Shown here: positions 58,672 through 64,000 of the stretch, in pieces | Numbering within the stretch: the stretch's first letter is position 1 | How the letters are laid out: each line of letters starts with the position of its first letter | NCBI GenBank assembly: GCA_963822965.1 | Contig: CAWGJT010000005.1 | Location: 1,632,001-1,696,000 of the forward strand | Origin: an uncultured delta proteobacterium | GTDB lineage: Bacteria > Myxococcota_A > UBA9160 > UBA4427 | DNA: 64,000 nucleotides | Direction of reading: 5' to 3' | The notes under the pieces: generated by a model | What the model was told of the DNA's origin: nothing | The model's input: the letters and a program-made list of their open reading frames with translations, nothing else | The model's database searches: none | Program-made: the position numbers and the translations under genes

Positions 58672-59283
58672 TCAGGCCCGAGGCGCGAGGGCCCGCTGGA
58701 CGAGCGCCAGGCTCTCGGCGGACAGCGGCAGCTCCCCCGCCTTCGCGAGCGCCTCGTCGCTCATCTTGGCGGCGGTCTTGCGAATCACGTCGACGAGCTT
58801 GTCGTCGTCGCCCATGCTGGCGCGCAGCTCTTCGAGCTGGGTCTCGAGGAAGACCAGGCAGAGGGCGTCCTCGAAGGCCTGCACCTCGGGGTCGACGCCG
58901 AGACCCTGCTTGCGGACGATGGCCTGGACGCGGACGATGGTGTCCTCTTCGTAGCCCTGCCCGCCGAGGATGCGGCCGACGTGGGCGGCGTGTCGCTTCT
59001 GCAGCTCGCGGCGCCAGCGGTGGTAGCCGGGCTTGCCCTGCGGATAGTCGGCGCGGGGGATCTCCCAGCGGCGCACGTGGTGGGCGCGGGCCGCGAGCTG
59101 CAGGGCCTCGCTGGGGTTCGGGACGAGGGCGTGGATCCACCGGCTCGCGAGCTCGGCGTGGGCCAGCTCCTTGGGGCGCGACTCGCCGCGCACCACGATG
59201 CGGTTCGGGTCGCCCTGGTTGGCGGCGTCGATGGCCGCGATCGCGGCCTGCAGGCGCGTCGAGCCCGACCCGGCCGAGGCCAT
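58672..59283 (-). CDS. DUF4202 domain protein
   Basis: IDAANQGDP; SEALQLAARAHHVRRWEIPRADYP; EDALCLVFLE; KTAAKMS. Confidence 0.85.
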   Translation of the reverse strand: MASAGSGSTRLQAAIAAIDAANQGDPNRIVVRGESRPKELAHAELASRWIHALVPNPSEALQLAARAHHVRRWEIPRADYPQGKPGYHRWRRELQKRHAAHVGRILGGQGYEEDTIVRVQAIVRKQGLGVDPEVQAFEDALCLVFLETQLEELRASMGDDDKLVDVIRKTAAKMSDEALAKAGELPLSAESLALVQRALAPRA

Positions 59284-59292
59284 GCCGCCTTC

Positions 59293-60247
59293 CTAGTAGT
59301 CGGTCAGGCTGTCGTCGATGCGCTGGATCCAGGCGCGGATACCGCCCTGGAGATTCCAGGCGTTCGCGAAGCCCGCGCCGCGCAGAGCGCGCACGGCCAT
59401 GGCGCTGCGGCCGCCCAGGTGACAGTGGACGACGATGTGCGCGTCCCGGTCGAGCTCGTGCATACGCTCGCCGAGCTGGCCGAGGGGGATGAGCTGCCCG
59501 CCGATCTGGCAGATCTCGTACTCGTGCTCCTCGCGCACGTCGAGCAGCACGTGGTCGACGCCCTGGTCGCGCAGGTGCTTCAGCTGGTCGACGGAGATGT
59601 CCCAGTCGCTCTGGCCGGGCACCGCGGGCGGGGCCGGCTCCGCGACCTTGCCGGCCGCGGCCTCGCCGGCGAGCCGTGCGAGCAGGGTCGCGACGTCCGC
59701 GGCCGCCAGCGCCCTCGCCTCGAAGGTGAGGGGCTTTCGGGGGTCGTCGGTCGCCACCCCGGGTGAGCTTCGCGTTCTCGAAGAGGCGCCCCACCGCCCA
59801 CTCGATATCGGCCTCGACCGTTCGGCGGCCGCCGTCGTCGTTGGGCGCGAAGAGCCGGTCGAGGATCTGGATCTCGACCGCCTTCGTCGAGAAGCGGAGC
59901 TTCGCCGAGCCGTCGGCCTCGATGGCCTGGATGGCCCGCAGCGCCTTCTGCAGGGCGTCGAGCAGCAGCTCTTCCAGCGGCAGGTCGCCGCCCGCGCTTG
60001 CGCACCGTCAGCAGGCCCGTGCGGCCGCCCACCGCGTCGATCCCGTAGTCCACCTCGTGACCCACCAGCACCACCCCCGGCCCGTTCGGCACGTGGATGT
60101 AGTTGGCCACGTCGATCAGCAGCCCCGGCACCGTGGCCTGCTGGATGAAGCGGTGGAAGAGCGGGATGAAGGGCTCGAGGGCCACCGGGGCCCCGGGCTC
60201 GTCGGTGAAGAACTTGACGGCGATTCGCTTCGGATTCATGGAGGAGC

Positions 60248-60251
<4 letters not shown>
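59293..60251 (-). CDS. Uncharacterised N-terminal domain fused to a rhodanese domain (frameshifted)
   Basis: MSSSMNPKRIAVKFF...LLIDVANYIHVPNGPGVVLVGHE... continues via frame switches near 59990 and 59760 into LLDVRE...HCHLGGRS...NLQGGIRAW. Confidence 0.7.
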
Positions 60252-62559
<2,308 letters not shown>

Positions 62560-62920
62560 CTGGCGTCGGCTCCCGCGCCTGGCCCGGTGGCGAGAGGCGC
62601 CCGCCGGGGGGTGTGGCGTACTGGCGTTCGATGCTGTCTCTGGGTCGAGGTCTCGGACGCTCGTCGCGTCCGGCCGCCACGCGACGACGGCCGGGCGATG
62701 ACGCCGGAAGTCGCCGAGACAGCGTTCGATTTGACCCTGGCTCTCGGCCCCCACCTTACCGGAACCGGGCCGCCCTCGTCAGGGCTTTCCCCGTGGGGCC
62801 GGTGCATATGGGGACATTCCCGGGGCCGGACCGGACGCCCGGGTGCGGACCGGCCGGTACCCTCCGGAGCACCCGAGCCGCCCACCCGCAGCCGCGCCGC
62901 CGGCGATCGAGGAGACCCCC

Positions 62921-63879
62921 GTGAAGGCAGCCGTCTACTACGAGACCGGAGGGCCCGAGGTCTTCCGCTACGAAGACGTTCCGGACCCGGTGTGCCAGCC
63001 CCAGGGTGTGGTCATCCGGGTGGAGGCCGTGAGCATCGAGGGCGGCGACGTGCTGAACCGCGCGGGCGGCGTGATGGCATCGACACCGCACTGCGTCGGC
63101 TACCAGGCGGCCGGCACCATCGTCGAGGTGGGCGACGAGGTGCGCGAGCGCCAGGTGGGTCAGCGCGTGGTGACGGTCTTCCCGTTCGGATCCCACGCCG
63201 AGCGGCGGCAGGTGGGCTGGCGCCAGAGCTTCGTCGTCCCCGATGGGCTCTCGACCCTCAGGCCGCCACCATCCCCATCCCGTTCGGCACCGCCGACGAG
63301 TGTCTCTTCGAGTACGGGCACCTGCAGCCCGGCCAGACGGTGCTCGTCCAGGCGGGCTCGAGCGGCGTCGGCCTCGCGGCCATCCAGCTCGCGAAGCGCG
63401 CCGGCGCCACGGTGTTCACCACGGCCTCGTCGGCCGAGAAGCTCGACCGCCTGGAGCAGCTGGGCGCCGATCACGGCATCGACTACGTGAAGCAGGACTT
63501 CGTGCAGGAGATCCGCAAGGCGACGGACGGCCGCGGCGTGGACCTCATCGTGGATGGCGTGGGCGGGGACGTCACCCAGCGCGGCTTCTCGCTGTGCGCC
63601 TACAAGGGTCGCGTGATGATGTACGGCACCGTAGCCCGGGACTTCGCGCGCTACGACCTGTCGGAGATGCGCATGAACCGCACCATCACCGGCGTCTCCC
63701 TCACGCCGGAGTTCGGCACGGACCGGGTGGTGGCGATGATCGAGGGGCACATCCGCGACGTCGCCCGCGGCGAGCTGCAGGCCATCGTCGACCGCAGCTT
63801 TCCGCTCAGCGACGCGGCGGCCGCGCACGCCTACATCGAGAGCCGCAAGGCGTTCGGCCGGGTGCTGCTCATCCCCTGA
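62921..63879 (+). CDS. MDR-family quinone oxidoreductase/zinc-binding dehydrogenase-like protein, frameshift near 63260
   Basis: KAAVYYETGGPEV; GQTVLVQAGSSGVGLAAIQLAK; GRGVDLIVDGVG; AAAHAYIESRKAFGRVLL. Confidence 0.9.
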
Positions 63880-64000
63880 CACGGTCCGCGAAGGACCGCC
63901 CCCCGGAAGCAACGCACCCGGCCAGGCTCGATGGCCCGCCGAAGTCGCAGACTGCGGCCGTCAGACCAACGAGCTCCGGGTGCCGTGGAGGCCCGCGAAG

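Noticed and set aside
62560..62920. SAM-I riboswitch before the sulfur operon
   Set aside because: The conserved core (AUC...GAGGGA...GCAACC...GUGC) could not be found by eye.

Overview
This is a GC-rich bacterial window with many single-base frameshifts, most likely long-read indel errors. The host is a diderm (it encodes an outer-membrane beta-barrel, a lipoprotein and a periplasmic quinohemoprotein); assignment to a Myxococcota/Binatota-like lineage is inference only. Positions 14700 to 1 (minus strand) hold one giant, frameshift-broken LEPR-XLL secreted protein of about 4900 aa or more that runs off the window. It contains RTX-type Ca-binding repeats, a BNR/Asp-box propeller region, and about 9 copies of an ~80-aa module that looks inserted into loops of other domains. 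One module copy is nested inside another, and a second repeated domain has a circularly permuted copy. The rest is mostly lipid, aromatic and sulfur metabolism: a FadE23/24-like acyl-CoA dehydrogenase pair, enoyl-CoA hydratase, 3 cytochromes P450, a Rieske oxygenase with TetR, a carotenoid oxygenase, a PhyH-like dioxygenase, SDRs, a quinohemoprotein alcohol dehydrogenase, a LacZ-type GH2 enzyme, a LolCDE-like ABC system and MFS transporters. Cysteine synthesis genes comprise a Cys2-like serine acyltransferase, cysteine synthase, a sulfite reductase with a helical C-terminal extension and a rhodanese fusion. Non-coding signals include a 159-bp MITE-like element (20-bp terminal inverted repeats, TCA duplication), a perfect 18-bp-stem palindrome, candidate TetR and LysR operators, and several leaderless-type promoters. 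No rRNA, tRNA, CRISPR array or transposase was recognised.
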